From an uncultured Actinomycetota bacterium (lineage in GTDB: Bacteria; Actinomycetota; Actinomycetes; Mycobacteriales; CADCTP01), in assembly GCA_963766325.1 (NCBI GenBank), contig CAVXZF010000007.1, positions 1,191,794 through 1,255,793 of the forward strand: a stretch of 64,000 nucleotides of DNA, read 5' to 3'. Shown one piece after another: positions 9,791-18,259 of this stretch; positions within the stretch are counted from its first letter, which is position 1; each line of letters starts with the position of its first letter. The translations under genes and the position numbers were made by a program. The notes below the pieces were generated by a model. It did not search any database and was not told the DNA's origin. It saw nothing but the letters and a program-made list of their open reading frames with translations.

Positions 9791-9931
9791 CTAGTCCGTC
9801 GGCTCGTCCAGCGGCATCGGCTTGCCGCCGTCCGTGTCCGGGTCGCTCAGCGGCATCGGCTTGCCGCCGGTCGGCTCGGGCTCGGTCGGCGCCGTCGTGG
9901 TCGGCTTGGACGAGGTGGTGGGCGTGGACAT
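9791..9931 (-). CDS. 46-codon micro-ORF MSTPTTSSKPTTTAPTEPEPTGGKPMPLSDPDTDGGKPMPLDEPTD (not in the ORF track)
   Basis: ATG at 9931 with GGGAG 5 nt upstream, 23 nt downstream of the LuxR stop. All 46 codons end in G/C. Internal tandem motif GGKPMPL(S/D)(D/E)P occurs twice. TAG stop at 9793-9791. Confidence 0.55.
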   Translation of the reverse strand: MSTPTTSSKPTTTAPTEPEPTGGKPMPLSDPDTDGGKPMPLDEPTD

Positions 9932-9954
9932 GTGCGCTCCCTGGGTCGAGGGGG

Positions 9955-10626
9955 TCAGATCAGGCCCTGGCGGACGGCGAAGGCGACCGCATGGGTGCGG
10001 TTGCGGAGGTTGAACCGGGACACCAGGTCGTGGATCGAGTTCTTGATCGTACGCTCCGAATAGGCCATCCGGGTGGCAATTTCACTCGTGCTGTAACCGT
10101 CCGCGATCAAGCGGAGCACAGTCAGCTCCCGTTGGGTGAGCCCGCCGAAGGTGAGCCCGGCCGGCGCCGCCGCCCGGTGCTGCGCGTCGCCGACCTGCTG
10201 GAGCAGCCGGCCGAGCAGGTCCGGCGGCAGGTGGCCGTCGCCGGTCGCGGCAGCCCGGATCGCGGTGCAGAGCCGCTCGGGGGTGGCCTCGGCCCGGCGG
10301 ACGATCGCGGCCACCCCGGCCTCGACCGCGGCGAGCACCTCGACGCCGTCCACCGCGCCCACCACCAGCACCGCCCGGGGACCGCCGGAGTCGCGCGCCG
10401 CCCGTATGGCCGCCGCCGTACGCTCGTCAACGCGGTCGGCGACCAGCACCACCACGTCCGGCCGGGCGGGCGAGTCGGACGAGAGGACCTCCAGGTCGTG
10501 CTGGACGCGAAGCTGGCTGGAGACGCCCGCCTCGGACACCGGGTCGGTGGCGCGGACGCGGACGCGGGTCGGCACGGCCGACACCCCTTGCGTTGCGGAC
10601 AATGCGGACACTGCGGGCTCGGCCAC
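9955..10626 (-). CDS. LuxR/NarL-family transcriptional regulator with an atypical receiver-like N-domain
   Basis: C-terminal HTH LTQRELTVLRLIADGYSTSEIATRMAYSERTIKNSIHDLVSRF. N-domain with a REC-like beta-alpha pattern (DVVVLVAD) but no N-terminal DD pair. GTG at 10626 with GAGGGGGAG upstream. The 368-aa track ORF is over-extended. Confidence 0.85.
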   Translation of the reverse strand: MAEPAVSALSATQGVSAVPTRVRVRATDPVSEAGVSSQLRVQHDLEVLSSDSPARPDVVVLVADRVDERTAAAIRAARDSGGPRAVLVVGAVDGVEVLAAVEAGVAAIVRRAEATPERLCTAIRAAATGDGHLPPDLLGRLLQQVGDAQHRAAAPAGLTFGGLTQRELTVLRLIADGYSTSEIATRMAYSERTIKNSIHDLVSRFNLRNRTHAVAFAVRQGLI

Positions 10627-10727
10627 GGCTCCCCCTCGAAAACGGCTTCCGGCAGCAAGAGCACGCCCTCCCGGGCAGTGATACACCGCCGACCGGGCAA
10701 CCTCTTCGGACACCGGCTCCGGGCGCG

Positions 10728-13397
10728 ATGAGCCGCCGGGAGGCGGCCGGCCCCGCGGGCGCCGCCGATCCCTCCGACCGGGCGGAGGCCGCCGCCCGGC
10801 TGGTCGGCACCAACCCGCCGCAGGCGCAGGCGGTGGCGCTGGAGGCGGTCGGGCTGGCCAGGGCGGCCGGGGACACGGCGGCCGAGGCCCGGGCCCACCG
10901 GGCGCACGGCCGGGCCGCGCTGGAGCTGGGCCGGCTGGACGAGGCGACCCGGTCGTTCCGGACCGCGGTGCGGGCGGCCGAGCGGGGCGGCGAGCCGGCC
11001 ATCGCGGGCGAGGTGCGGGTGAGCCTGGCGTACGCGCTGGCCGAGGGCGGGCGGACCGCACCGGCGCTGCGCGAGCTGGACCGGGCCGCGGCCGTGCTGC
11101 GCGGCCAGCCGGCCGCCGGGGTGCTGATCCAGCGCGGGCTGGTGCTGTGGCGGGCCGGGCGCACCGAGGAGGCGCTGGAGGCGTACCGGCGGGCGCTGCC
11201 GACCGTCCGGCGCGGGCCGGACCGGCTGGTCGAGGCGCGGCTGCACAACAACCGCAGCCTGGTGTACGTCGACCGCGGCGAGCTGGCCGCCGCCGAGGCC
11301 GACCTGCGCAAGGTGGCCGAGCTGTGCCGCGCCGAGGGCCAGGACGTGCTGGCCGCGGACGCGGAGACCAACCTCGGCTACGTGGCGTTCCGGCGCGGCG
11401 ACGCGCCGGCCGCGCTCGGCTTCCTGGACGCGGCCGAGGCGACGTACCGGGCCCAGGGGGTCCGGCCGCGCGAGCTGCTGCTCACCCGGGGCGAGCTGCT
11501 GCTGTCGGTGGGTGCCTTCGACGAGGCCCGGCAGACCGCGGAGCGGGCGATCGAGCAGTTCACCGCGGCCGGCTGGCGGTCGCTGCTGGCCGAGGCGCTG
11601 CTGCTGCTGTCGCAGGCCCAGCTGGCCGGTGACGACGTGGCCGGGGCGCGTACGGCGGCCGGCCGGGCCGCCACCCTGCTGGGCCGGCAGCACCGGCCGG
11701 GCTGGGCGACGGTGGCCCGCTACACCGCGCTGCGGGCCGAGGAGCGGGCCGGCGCGCTCACCCCGGAGCTGCGCCGGCAGGCGCTGCGGGAGGCGCGCCG
11801 GCTGGCCGCCCGGGGCTGGCGGGCCCAGGAGCTGGATGCCCGGCTGATCGCGGCCCGGGTGGCGCTGGAGCTCGGCGACCTGGCCACGGTCCGCCGGGAG
11901 GTGGCCCAGGCCGCCGCCGCCCGCACCCGCGGCGGCACCGAGCTGCGCATCCGGGCCTGGTACGCGGAGGCGCTGCTGCGGCTGGCCGACGGCCGGGACG
12001 CGGCCGCCGAGCAGGCGCTGCGGGCCGGCTTCCGGGTGATGGAGCAGCAGCGGGCCACGCTCGGCGCGACCGAGCTGCGGGTGCACGTGGCCAGCCACGC
12101 CGGCGACCTGGCCGAGCTGGGCATCGGGCTGGCCCGGCGCAGCGGCTCGCCGCGCAAGGTGCTGCACTGGGCGGAGCGGTGGCGGTCCGGCTCCCTGCGG
12201 CTGCGCCCGGTCCGCCCGCCGGACGACGCCGAGCTGGCCGCCGCGCTGGCCGAGCTGCGCCGGGTGGCCGGGGAGGTCGAGCAGGAGCTGCTGGCCGGCC
12301 GGGCCGGGGGCCGGGCGCTGGCCCGGCGGCGGGCGCTGGAGGAGCGGGTCCGCCGGCTGTCCCGCCGGGCCGCCGGGCCGCTGTTCGCCCCGCCGGCCGA
12401 GCCGCCGACGGTGGAGCGGCTCGCCGCCGCGCTCGGCGAGGCGGTGCTGGTCGAGCTGATCGCGACCTCCCACGACGGCGTGCTGTCCGCGGTCACCGTC
12501 CGCGACGGCGAGCCGCGGCTGCACGACCTGGGTTCCCGGGACGGGCCGCGCCGCGAGCTGGAGGCGCTGCTGTTCGGGCTCCGCCGGCTGGTGCTCCGGC
12601 ACGGCTCGGCCGGCGACGCCCGGGCCCAGGTGGCCGCGCGGGCGGCCCGGCTGCAGGACGCGGTGCTCGGCCCGCTGCTCGGCGTGCTGGGCGACCGGCC
12701 GCTGGTGGTGGTGCCGACCGGCTCGCTGCGGTCGGTGCCGTGGGCGCTGCTGCCGGCCTGCGTCGGCCGGTCGGTGACGGTGGCCCCGTCCGCGGCGATC
12801 TGGCTGCGGGCGGTGCAGCGGCCCGGCCGCCGGCCCGGGCGGGCCCGGGTGGTGCTGGTCTGCGGGCCCGGCCTGGACGGCGCGGCCGCGGAGATCGACG
12901 AGCTGGCCGTGACGTACCCGGCCGCGGTCCGGCTGAACGGCCCGGCCGCCACCGTGGAGGCCGCGCTGACCGCGCTGGACGGAGCGGACGTGGCGCACGT
13001 GGCCGCGCACGGCAGCCTGCGCGGGGACAACCCGCTCTTCTCCGCGCTGGCGCTCTTCGACGGCCCGCTGACCGCGTACGACCTGGAGCGGCTGAGCCGC
13101 GCGCCCCGCCTGGTGCTGCTGCCGGCCTGCCAGTCCGGGGCGGGACACGTCCATGCCGGCGACGAGGTGATGGGACTCACATCGGCCTTCTTCGCGCTCG
13201 GCACGCGGACCGCGGTGGCCACCGTCGTACCGGTCCCGGACGAAGCCACCCGGCCCCTGATGGTGGCCCTGCACGAGGGTCTGCGGCGGGGCCTGCCGAC
13301 CGCGGCGGCGCTGTCCGCGGCCCAGGCCGCGACCGACCGGGACGACCCGGTGGCGCTGGCCGCGGCGGGCGGTTTCGTCTGCTACGGCGCCGGCTGA
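10728..13397 (+). CDS. TPR-repeat / CHAT-domain protein (caspase-like protease fold)
   Basis: 889 aa. The N-terminal ~550 aa are TPR-like Ala/Leu/Arg-rich helical repeats. The C-terminal CHAT domain has a His/Cys dyad in context: DVAHVAAHGS and PRLVLLPACQSGAG. ATG at 10728. Confidence 0.9.
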   Translation: MSRREAAGPAGAADPSDRAEAAARLVGTNPPQAQAVALEAVGLARAAGDTAAEARAHRAHGRAALELGRLDEATRSFRTAVRAAERGGEPAIAGEVRVSLAYALAEGGRTAPALRELDRAAAVLRGQPAAGVLIQRGLVLWRAGRTEEALEAYRRALPTVRRGPDRLVEARLHNNRSLVYVDRGELAAAEADLRKVAELCRAEGQDVLAADAETNLGYVAFRRGDAPAALGFLDAAEATYRAQGVRPRELLLTRGELLLSVGAFDEARQTAERAIEQFTAAGWRSLLAEALLLLSQAQLAGDDVAGARTAAGRAATLLGRQHRPGWATVARYTALRAEERAGALTPELRRQALREARRLAARGWRAQELDARLIAARVALELGDLATVRREVAQAAAARTRGGTELRIRAWYAEALLRLADGRDAAAEQALRAGFRVMEQQRATLGATELRVHVASHAGDLAELGIGLARRSGSPRKVLHWAERWRSGSLRLRPVRPPDDAELAAALAELRRVAGEVEQELLAGRAGGRALARRRALEERVRRLSRRAAGPLFAPPAEPPTVERLAAALGEAVLVELIATSHDGVLSAVTVRDGEPRLHDLGSRDGPRRELEALLFGLRRLVLRHGSAGDARAQVAARAARLQDAVLGPLLGVLGDRPLVVVPTGSLRSVPWALLPACVGRSVTVAPSAAIWLRAVQRPGRRPGRARVVLVCGPGLDGAAAEIDELAVTYPAAVRLNGPAATVEAALTALDGADVAHVAAHGSLRGDNPLFSALALFDGPLTAYDLERLSRAPRLVLLPACQSGAGHVHAGDEVMGLTSAFFALGTRTAVATVVPVPDEATRPLMVALHEGLRRGLPTAAALSAAQAATDRDDPVALAAAGGFVCYGAG

Positions 13398-13416
13398 CGG
13401 CCGCCGGGCGCGCGAC

Positions 13417-13453
13417 CGGGCCGGGTGGGCAACCCCCCGCCGCCCACCCGGCC
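13417..13453. terminator. Perfect 13-bp GC hairpin downstream of the CHAT gene
   Basis: GGGCCGGGTGGGC (13417-13429), an 11-nt loop, then GCCCACCCGGCCC (13441-13453). A second imperfect hairpin at 13551-13586 lies downstream of the convergent lrp gene. Confidence 0.6.
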
Positions 13454-13632
13454 CTGCCGGCTCCCCCACCGGGGTGGATCGGCGGTGACCTGATCCCCCG
13501 TCAGGCCGCCGCCAGCCCCCGTTGCCACACCCGTGACCGGCGCGGTGTCCGGCCGGGCGGTGTCCCCTCACACCGCCCGCCGGGCCGGTCACCGGTACAG
13601 AGCGCCGTCCCCGGCCCGTGATACAGCGAATT

Positions 13633-14133
13633 TCACCGTGTCGGCGGCGGAGCGTTCTGCGTGGATGCCTCCGCAGCGGCCCTGAGACGGCCCTCGAAGC
13701 GCGTCGAGAGCACGACGGTGGTCTTCGTCCGCGCGACGCCCCGGATGCGGTTCAGGGCGCCGATGGTCTGCTCCAGCGCGGCCACGTCCGGCACCCGGAC
13801 CTTGACCACGAAGGTCTCCTCCCCGGCCACGAACCAGCAGTCCTCGATCTCCGGCATCGCCCGCATCGCCGCGTAGATGCGGTCCGGGTCGGCCCGGTCG
13901 GCCTGCAGGACGCCGACCAGCGCGCTGACGCCGAGGCCGAGCGCGATCGGGTCGACGTCGGCGTGGTAGCCGGTGATGACGCCGGCCGCCTCCAGCTTCC
14001 CGACCCGCTCGTGCACGGCCGGCGCGGACAGCCCGACCCGCCGGGCCAGCTCCGCGAAGGTCGCCCGGCCGTTCGCGCGCAGCGCGTCGATGAGAGTCCG
14101 GTCGACCGCGTCGACGTGTCGCAGAGAACTCAC
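13633..14133 (-). CDS. Lrp/AsnC-family transcriptional regulator
   Basis: HTH_AsnC N-domain (DRTLIDALRANGRATFAELARRVGLSAPAVHERVGKLE) plus an RAM/AsnC_trans_reg C-domain. GTG at 14133 with GGAGG 7 nt upstream. Confidence 0.9.
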   Translation of the reverse strand: MSSLRHVDAVDRTLIDALRANGRATFAELARRVGLSAPAVHERVGKLEAAGVITGYHADVDPIALGLGVSALVGVLQADRADPDRIYAAMRAMPEIEDCWFVAGEETFVVKVRVPDVAALEQTIGALNRIRGVARTKTTVVLSTRFEGRLRAAAEASTQNAPPPTR

Positions 14134-14274
14134 GCTCTGCCTCCAAAGAGGGCGGCTCATTCCGACATCAGAGTGTTCGGAGGACAGGAAGGTGCCGGAA
14201 GTGGTTCACTGTGTGTCAGCGCACGCGGAGCCCTGACCCTGTACCGCGTGGCTGTCAAGCCCCAGGGGGAGTGA

Positions 14275-14481
14275 ATGGACCCACGCGAGCGACTGCTCAC
14301 GCCGGGCGAAGTTGCGGCACTGTTCCGCGTCGATCCCAAGACGGTGACACGCTGGGCGGCTGCCGGCCGGATCCACAGCATCCGGACACCAGGTGGCCAC
14401 CGACGGTTCTTGGAGTCGGAAGTGCGCAACCTGCTGCACCAGCTTTCGAGCGAGAGCGTCGGGCCCCGCGCCAGCGCCTGA
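14275..14481 (+). CDS. bldC: BldC-type small MerR/excisionase-like DNA-binding developmental regulator
   Basis: 68 aa. LLTPGEVAALFRVDPKTVTRWAAAGRIHSIRTPGGHRRF closely matches the Streptomyces BldC core as I recall it. Confidence 0.85.
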   Translation: MDPRERLLTPGEVAALFRVDPKTVTRWAAAGRIHSIRTPGGHRRFLESEVRNLLHQLSSESVGPRASA

Positions 14482-14506
14482 GCGACCGGCTCCCCGCTGG
14501 GCCGGC

Positions 14507-15166
14507 TCACTCCGGCTCCTCCCGGGCCTCCCGGGCGGCGCCGAGGCGGCCGGTCCAGCGGTGGAGCAGATCGTGCTCCACCCCGATCGTGTCCAGCACC
14601 TTGGCCGTGACGAAGTCGACCAGCTGCTGCACGTCCTTAGCGCCCGCGTAGAACGCCGGGCTCGCCGGGAGCACCGTGGCCCCCGCGTCGTGCAGTGACA
14701 GCAGGTGTTGCAAGGTGCCCCTGGTGTATGGCGTCTCCCGCGGCACCACGACCAGCGGTCGACGCTCCTTGAGCGTCACGTCGGCGGCCCGCTGCAGCAG
14801 GTCCTTGGACAGCCCCAGCGCGATGCCGGCGACCGCGGCCGTGCTCGCCGGGACCACCACCATGCCCCGGGTCGGGTACGACCCGCTGGCCGGTCCGGCC
14901 GCCAGGTCACCGGCCGGGTGGTAGCGCACGTCCGCGCCGGCCAGGTCCCGCTCCAGCCAGCCGGCCAGGTCCTCGCGCCAGTGCCCGTCCCGCAGGCTGG
15001 TCCCGGTCTCGTCCAGCAGCGTCAGCCGCGCGGCGCGGGACACCACCAGGTCCACCGGCAGCCCGGCGGCCAGCAGCGCGCCCAGCACCGAGCGCGCGTA
15101 CGGCGTGCCGGACGCCCCCGACACGCCCACCACCCACGGTCTCCTCCCAGGCGCGGGCCGCGTCAC
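14507..15166 (-). CDS. ubiX: UbiX-family flavin prenyltransferase (menaquinone-pathway decarboxylase partner)
   Basis: WVVGVSGASGTPYARSVLGAL..., VVVPASTAAVAGIALG, and PLVVVPRETP motifs. GTG at 15166 in a GTGA overlap with the UbiA-like gene. Confidence 0.9.
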   Translation of the reverse strand: MTRPAPGRRPWVVGVSGASGTPYARSVLGALLAAGLPVDLVVSRAARLTLLDETGTSLRDGHWREDLAGWLERDLAGADVRYHPAGDLAAGPASGSYPTRGMVVVPASTAAVAGIALGLSKDLLQRAADVTLKERRPLVVVPRETPYTRGTLQHLLSLHDAGATVLPASPAFYAGAKDVQQLVDFVTAKVLDTIGVEHDLLHRWTGRLGAAREAREEPE

Positions 15167-16038
15167 GGGCGCAGGCCCCCGCTGATGACGAGGTCGGCGA
15201 CGGCGAAGACGAGCAGGCCGAGGCCGACCACGCCGTTGGCGGTGAAGAACGCCCGGTTGACCCGGGACAGGTCGTCCGCGCGGACGATCGAGTGCTCGTA
15301 CGCGAACGCGGCGGCAGTGAGCACCAGCCCGGCGTACCAGAGCGGGCCGGCCTCGACCAGCACCCCCCACCAGACCAGCAGCGCGAAGGTGACCACGTGG
15401 GTCACCGTGGACGCCCGCAGCGCCGCCGCCACGCCCCACCGGGCCGGCGTCGAGCGGACCCCGATCACCCGGTCCACCTCGGCGTCCTGGCAGGCGTAGA
15501 TGAGGTCGAAGCCGCCGATCCAGGTGCCGACCGCGAGCCCGAGCACCACCGGCGTCCAGTCCCAGGAGCCGGTCACCGCGATCCACGCGCCTACCGGCGC
15601 GACCGCCTGGGCCACGCCGAGGACGGCGTGCGGGAGGTCGGTGACCCGCTTCGCGTACGGATAGAGGATCAGCGGGGCGACCGCGAGGGGCGCCAGCGCG
15701 AGGCAGAGCGGGTTGAGCGCGGCCGCGGTGGCCAGGAAGACGACCAGCGCGATGGCCGCGCCCACGGTGGCGGTGCGTACGGAGACCGCGCCGGTGACCA
15801 GCTCGCGGCGGGCGGTGCGCGGGTTGCGGGCGTCGATGTGGCGGTCGATGACCCGGTTGGCCGCCATCGCGAACGTCCGGCCGGCCACCATGGCCAGCGT
15901 CACCAGCCCGAGCGTGCCCCACTCGACCCGGTCCCGCATGGCGGTGAGCGCGGCGACGTACGCGAACGGGAGCGCGAAGACCGAGTGCTCCACCGCCACC
16001 AGGCGGAGGAACGAGCGGACCGGGGCGGTCGCGGTCAC
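15163..16038 (-). CDS. UbiA-family polyprenyltransferase (futalosine-pathway MqnP-type)
   Basis: 291 aa with ~8 TM helices and the Asp-rich motif NRVIDRHIDARNPRT. GTGA overlaps with the genes on both sides, giving a UbiD-UbiA-UbiX operon. Confidence 0.9.
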   Translation of the reverse strand: MTATAPVRSFLRLVAVEHSVFALPFAYVAALTAMRDRVEWGTLGLVTLAMVAGRTFAMAANRVIDRHIDARNPRTARRELVTGAVSVRTATVGAAIALVVFLATAAALNPLCLALAPLAVAPLILYPYAKRVTDLPHAVLGVAQAVAPVGAWIAVTGSWDWTPVVLGLAVGTWIGGFDLIYACQDAEVDRVIGVRSTPARWGVAAALRASTVTHVVTFALLVWWGVLVEAGPLWYAGLVLTAAAFAYEHSIVRADDLSRVNRAFFTANGVVGLGLLVFAVADLVISGGLRP

Positions 16039-17489
16039 AGGCCGTACTCCCCCCACCGGCGGTCCACCAGGGCCGCCACCGCCGGGTCCATCACCGCCTC
16101 GGCCGGCCAGCCGCCGGCCCGCCGGTAGCCCTCGGTGGGCAGCTTGCGGGTCGCGTCGATGCCGAGCTTGCCGCCCCAGAACTGCTCGTACGACGAGTGG
16201 TCCAGGTGGTCGACCGGACCCTCGGTGTGCAGCACGTCGCGTCCGTAGTCGACGTTGCCGAGCGCCCGCCAGGCCACCTCGGAGTAGTCGTGCACGTCGC
16301 AGTCCGCGTCGACGACCACGACCAGCTTGGACAGCGAGAGCAGGCCGGCGCCCCAGACCGCGTTCATCACCTTCTGCGCGTGCTTGGGGAAGCGCTTGTC
16401 GATCGAGACGATCACGCAGTTGTGGAAGACGCCCTCCGCCGGCAGGTCGTAGTCGACGATGTCCGGCACCGACAGCCGCAGCAGCGGCAGGAAGATCCGC
16501 TCGGTCGCCTTGCCGATCGGCCCGTCCTCCTGCGGCGGGCGGCCGACGATGATCGTCTGGTAGACGGGGTCGCGCTGCATGGTCATGCAGTCGACAGTCA
16601 GCGCGGGGAAGGGCTCGACCGGCGTGTAGAAGCCGGTGTGGTCGCCGAACGGGCCCTCCGGCAGCCGCTGCCCCGGCTCCAGCCAGCCCTCCAGGACGAC
16701 CTGCGCGTTCGCCGGGACCTGCAGCGGCACGGTCAGGCAGTCGACCATCTCCACCCGCTTGCGGCGCAGGAAGCCGGCGAACAGGTACTCGTCGATCTCG
16801 GCCGGCAGTGGGGCGGAGGCCGCGTACGTGACCGCGGGATCGCATCCGAACGCGATCGCCACCGGGAGGCGCTCGTTGCGGCGCTCGGCCACCGCGTGGT
16901 GGGCGTTGGAGTCCTTGTGGATCTGCCAGTGCATGCCGACGGTGCGCTGGTCGTGCTGCTGCAACCGGTACATCCCCAGGTTGCGGGCGCCGGTCTCCGG
17001 GTGCTTGGTGTGAGTCAGCCCGAGGTTGAGGAAGACGCCGCCGTCCTCCGGCCAGGCGTGCAGGCCGGGCAGGATGTCCAGGTCCACCTCGGCGCCCTTG
17101 AGCACCACGTCCTGGCAGGGCGCGCTCTTCGTACGCTTGGGCGGCAGGGCGCGCAGCTGGGCGGCCTTGCCCAGCGCCTCCCGCAGCCCGCCGAGCCCGA
17201 CCGGCAGCTCCGGCTTGAGCAGCTCGGCGATGCGGGCGCCGATGTCGTCGAGGGTGTCGACACCGAGCGCGGTGGCCATCCGCTGGTCGGTGCCGAAGAG
17301 ATTGATCGCGAGCGGCAGCCGGCCCCGGGTCGGCCGCTCGAACAGCAGCGCCGGTCCCCGCGCCCGTACCACCCGCTGGACGATCTCGGTGACCTCGAGG
17401 GTCGGGTCCACCGGGGTCGTCACCCGGCGGAGCTGCCCGTCCCGCTCCAGCCGGGCCAGGAAGTCCCGCAGATCGTCGTAGGCCACCAC
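16035..17489 (-). CDS. UbiD-family (prFMN-dependent) decarboxylase, menaquinone-biosynthesis type
   Basis: 484-aa full-length UbiD fold (DLRDFLARLERDGQLRRV..., GPFGDHTGFY). Operon context with UbiA/UbiX and the mqn genes. Confidence 0.92.
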   Translation of the reverse strand: MVAYDDLRDFLARLERDGQLRRVTTPVDPTLEVTEIVQRVVRARGPALLFERPTRGRLPLAINLFGTDQRMATALGVDTLDDIGARIAELLKPELPVGLGGLREALGKAAQLRALPPKRTKSAPCQDVVLKGAEVDLDILPGLHAWPEDGGVFLNLGLTHTKHPETGARNLGMYRLQQHDQRTVGMHWQIHKDSNAHHAVAERRNERLPVAIAFGCDPAVTYAASAPLPAEIDEYLFAGFLRRKRVEMVDCLTVPLQVPANAQVVLEGWLEPGQRLPEGPFGDHTGFYTPVEPFPALTVDCMTMQRDPVYQTIIVGRPPQEDGPIGKATERIFLPLLRLSVPDIVDYDLPAEGVFHNCVIVSIDKRFPKHAQKVMNAVWGAGLLSLSKLVVVVDADCDVHDYSEVAWRALGNVDYGRDVLHTEGPVDHLDHSSYEQFWGGKLGIDATRKLPTEGYRRAGGWPAEAVMDPAVAALVDRRWGEYGL

Positions 17490-17529
17490 GCCAGTATTGC
17501 GGCGGACGGCCGTATGCTCCCGCCGAGGG

Positions 17530-18000
17530 GTGAGGACCGTGCTGGTGCGCTTCGGCGGGATCCTGTTCCTGGTCGCGCTCGCCGTCTGGCTCTACTGCCT
17601 GCTGGACGCGATCACTGCGGACCGGGAGCAGGTGCGCGGACTGCCCAAAGGGGTCTGGATCGCGATCGTCGTGCTCACCTTCGAGGTCGGGGCGATCGCC
17701 TGGCTGGTGTGGGGCCGGCCGCGGGGCGGCCCTCGGGCCCGGCCCCGGCTCGGTTCCTCCGGCCGGACCGCGTGGCCGGCCCGGCCGGGCGGCGCACCGC
17801 GGTCCGGCTCGTTCGGCCGGTCCGGGCCGCTGGCGCCGGACGACGACCCCGAGTTCCTGGCCCGGCTGGACCGGGAGGCGGCCCAGGAGCACGAGAAGCT
17901 GCTCGGCAACTGGGAGGAGGACCTGCGCCGGCGCGAGGAGGAGCTGCGCCGGCGGCGGCCCGACGACCCGGGCGACCCGGAACCTCCCATCCCCGCCTGA
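17530..18000 (+). CDS. PLD-nuclease-N-terminal (PLDc_N) small membrane protein with a charged coiled tail
   Basis: LFLVALAVWLYCLLDAITADREQVRGLPKGVWIAIVVLTFEVGAIAWLVWGRP is the PLDc_N two-helix signature. The start is ambiguous among GTGs at 17530, 17539 and 17545. Confidence 0.7.
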   Translation: MRTVLVRFGGILFLVALAVWLYCLLDAITADREQVRGLPKGVWIAIVVLTFEVGAIAWLVWGRPRGGPRARPRLGSSGRTAWPARPGGAPRSGSFGRSGPLAPDDDPEFLARLDREAAQEHEKLLGNWEEDLRRREEELRRRRPDDPGDPEPPIPA

Positions 18001-18078
18001 CCCCACCGGCCACCCCGTTCGGGGGTAGGGGTTGTGGATAAGGGGCGCGATCCCCCTCCGCGCGGTTACTCTGGCCTG

Positions 18079-18255
18079 GTGCCAGTCCTGCTCCTCCTCC
18101 TGACCGTGCTCCTCATCGTCCTGGTGTGGCGCTTCGCCGCCGCGCGCAAGGCAGCCGGTCCGCAGCCGCGGCCACGGTTCGTCGCTCCCGACGACGACCC
18201 AGAGTTCCTGCGTGAGCTGGACCGCCGGACCCGCCGGGACGACGAGAAGCCTTGA
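18079..18255 (+). CDS. Small single-TM protein sharing the APDDDPEFLxxLDR motif with the preceding gene
   Basis: VPVLLLLLTVLLIVLVWRF helix, then FVAPDDDPEFLRELDRR. Codons before 18079 have poor GC3, so I prefer the GTG at 18079. No clear RBS. Confidence 0.5.
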   Translation: MPVLLLLLTVLLIVLVWRFAAARKAAGPQPRPRFVAPDDDPEFLRELDRRTRRDDEKP

Positions 18256-18259
18256 CCTT

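Noticed and set aside
10122-13592. 1156-aa minus-strand ORF antisense to the TPR-CHAT gene. The same applies to other very long ORFs such as 1402-3114(+), 16197-18041(+), 39702-42032(+), 42876-45329(+) and 56237-58336(+).
   Set aside because: These are typical high-GC shadow ORFs. Their composition is Arg/Pro/Gly/Ala-dominated and they have no recognisable motifs. Each lies exactly opposite a gene with clear family signatures and much better third-position GC bias.
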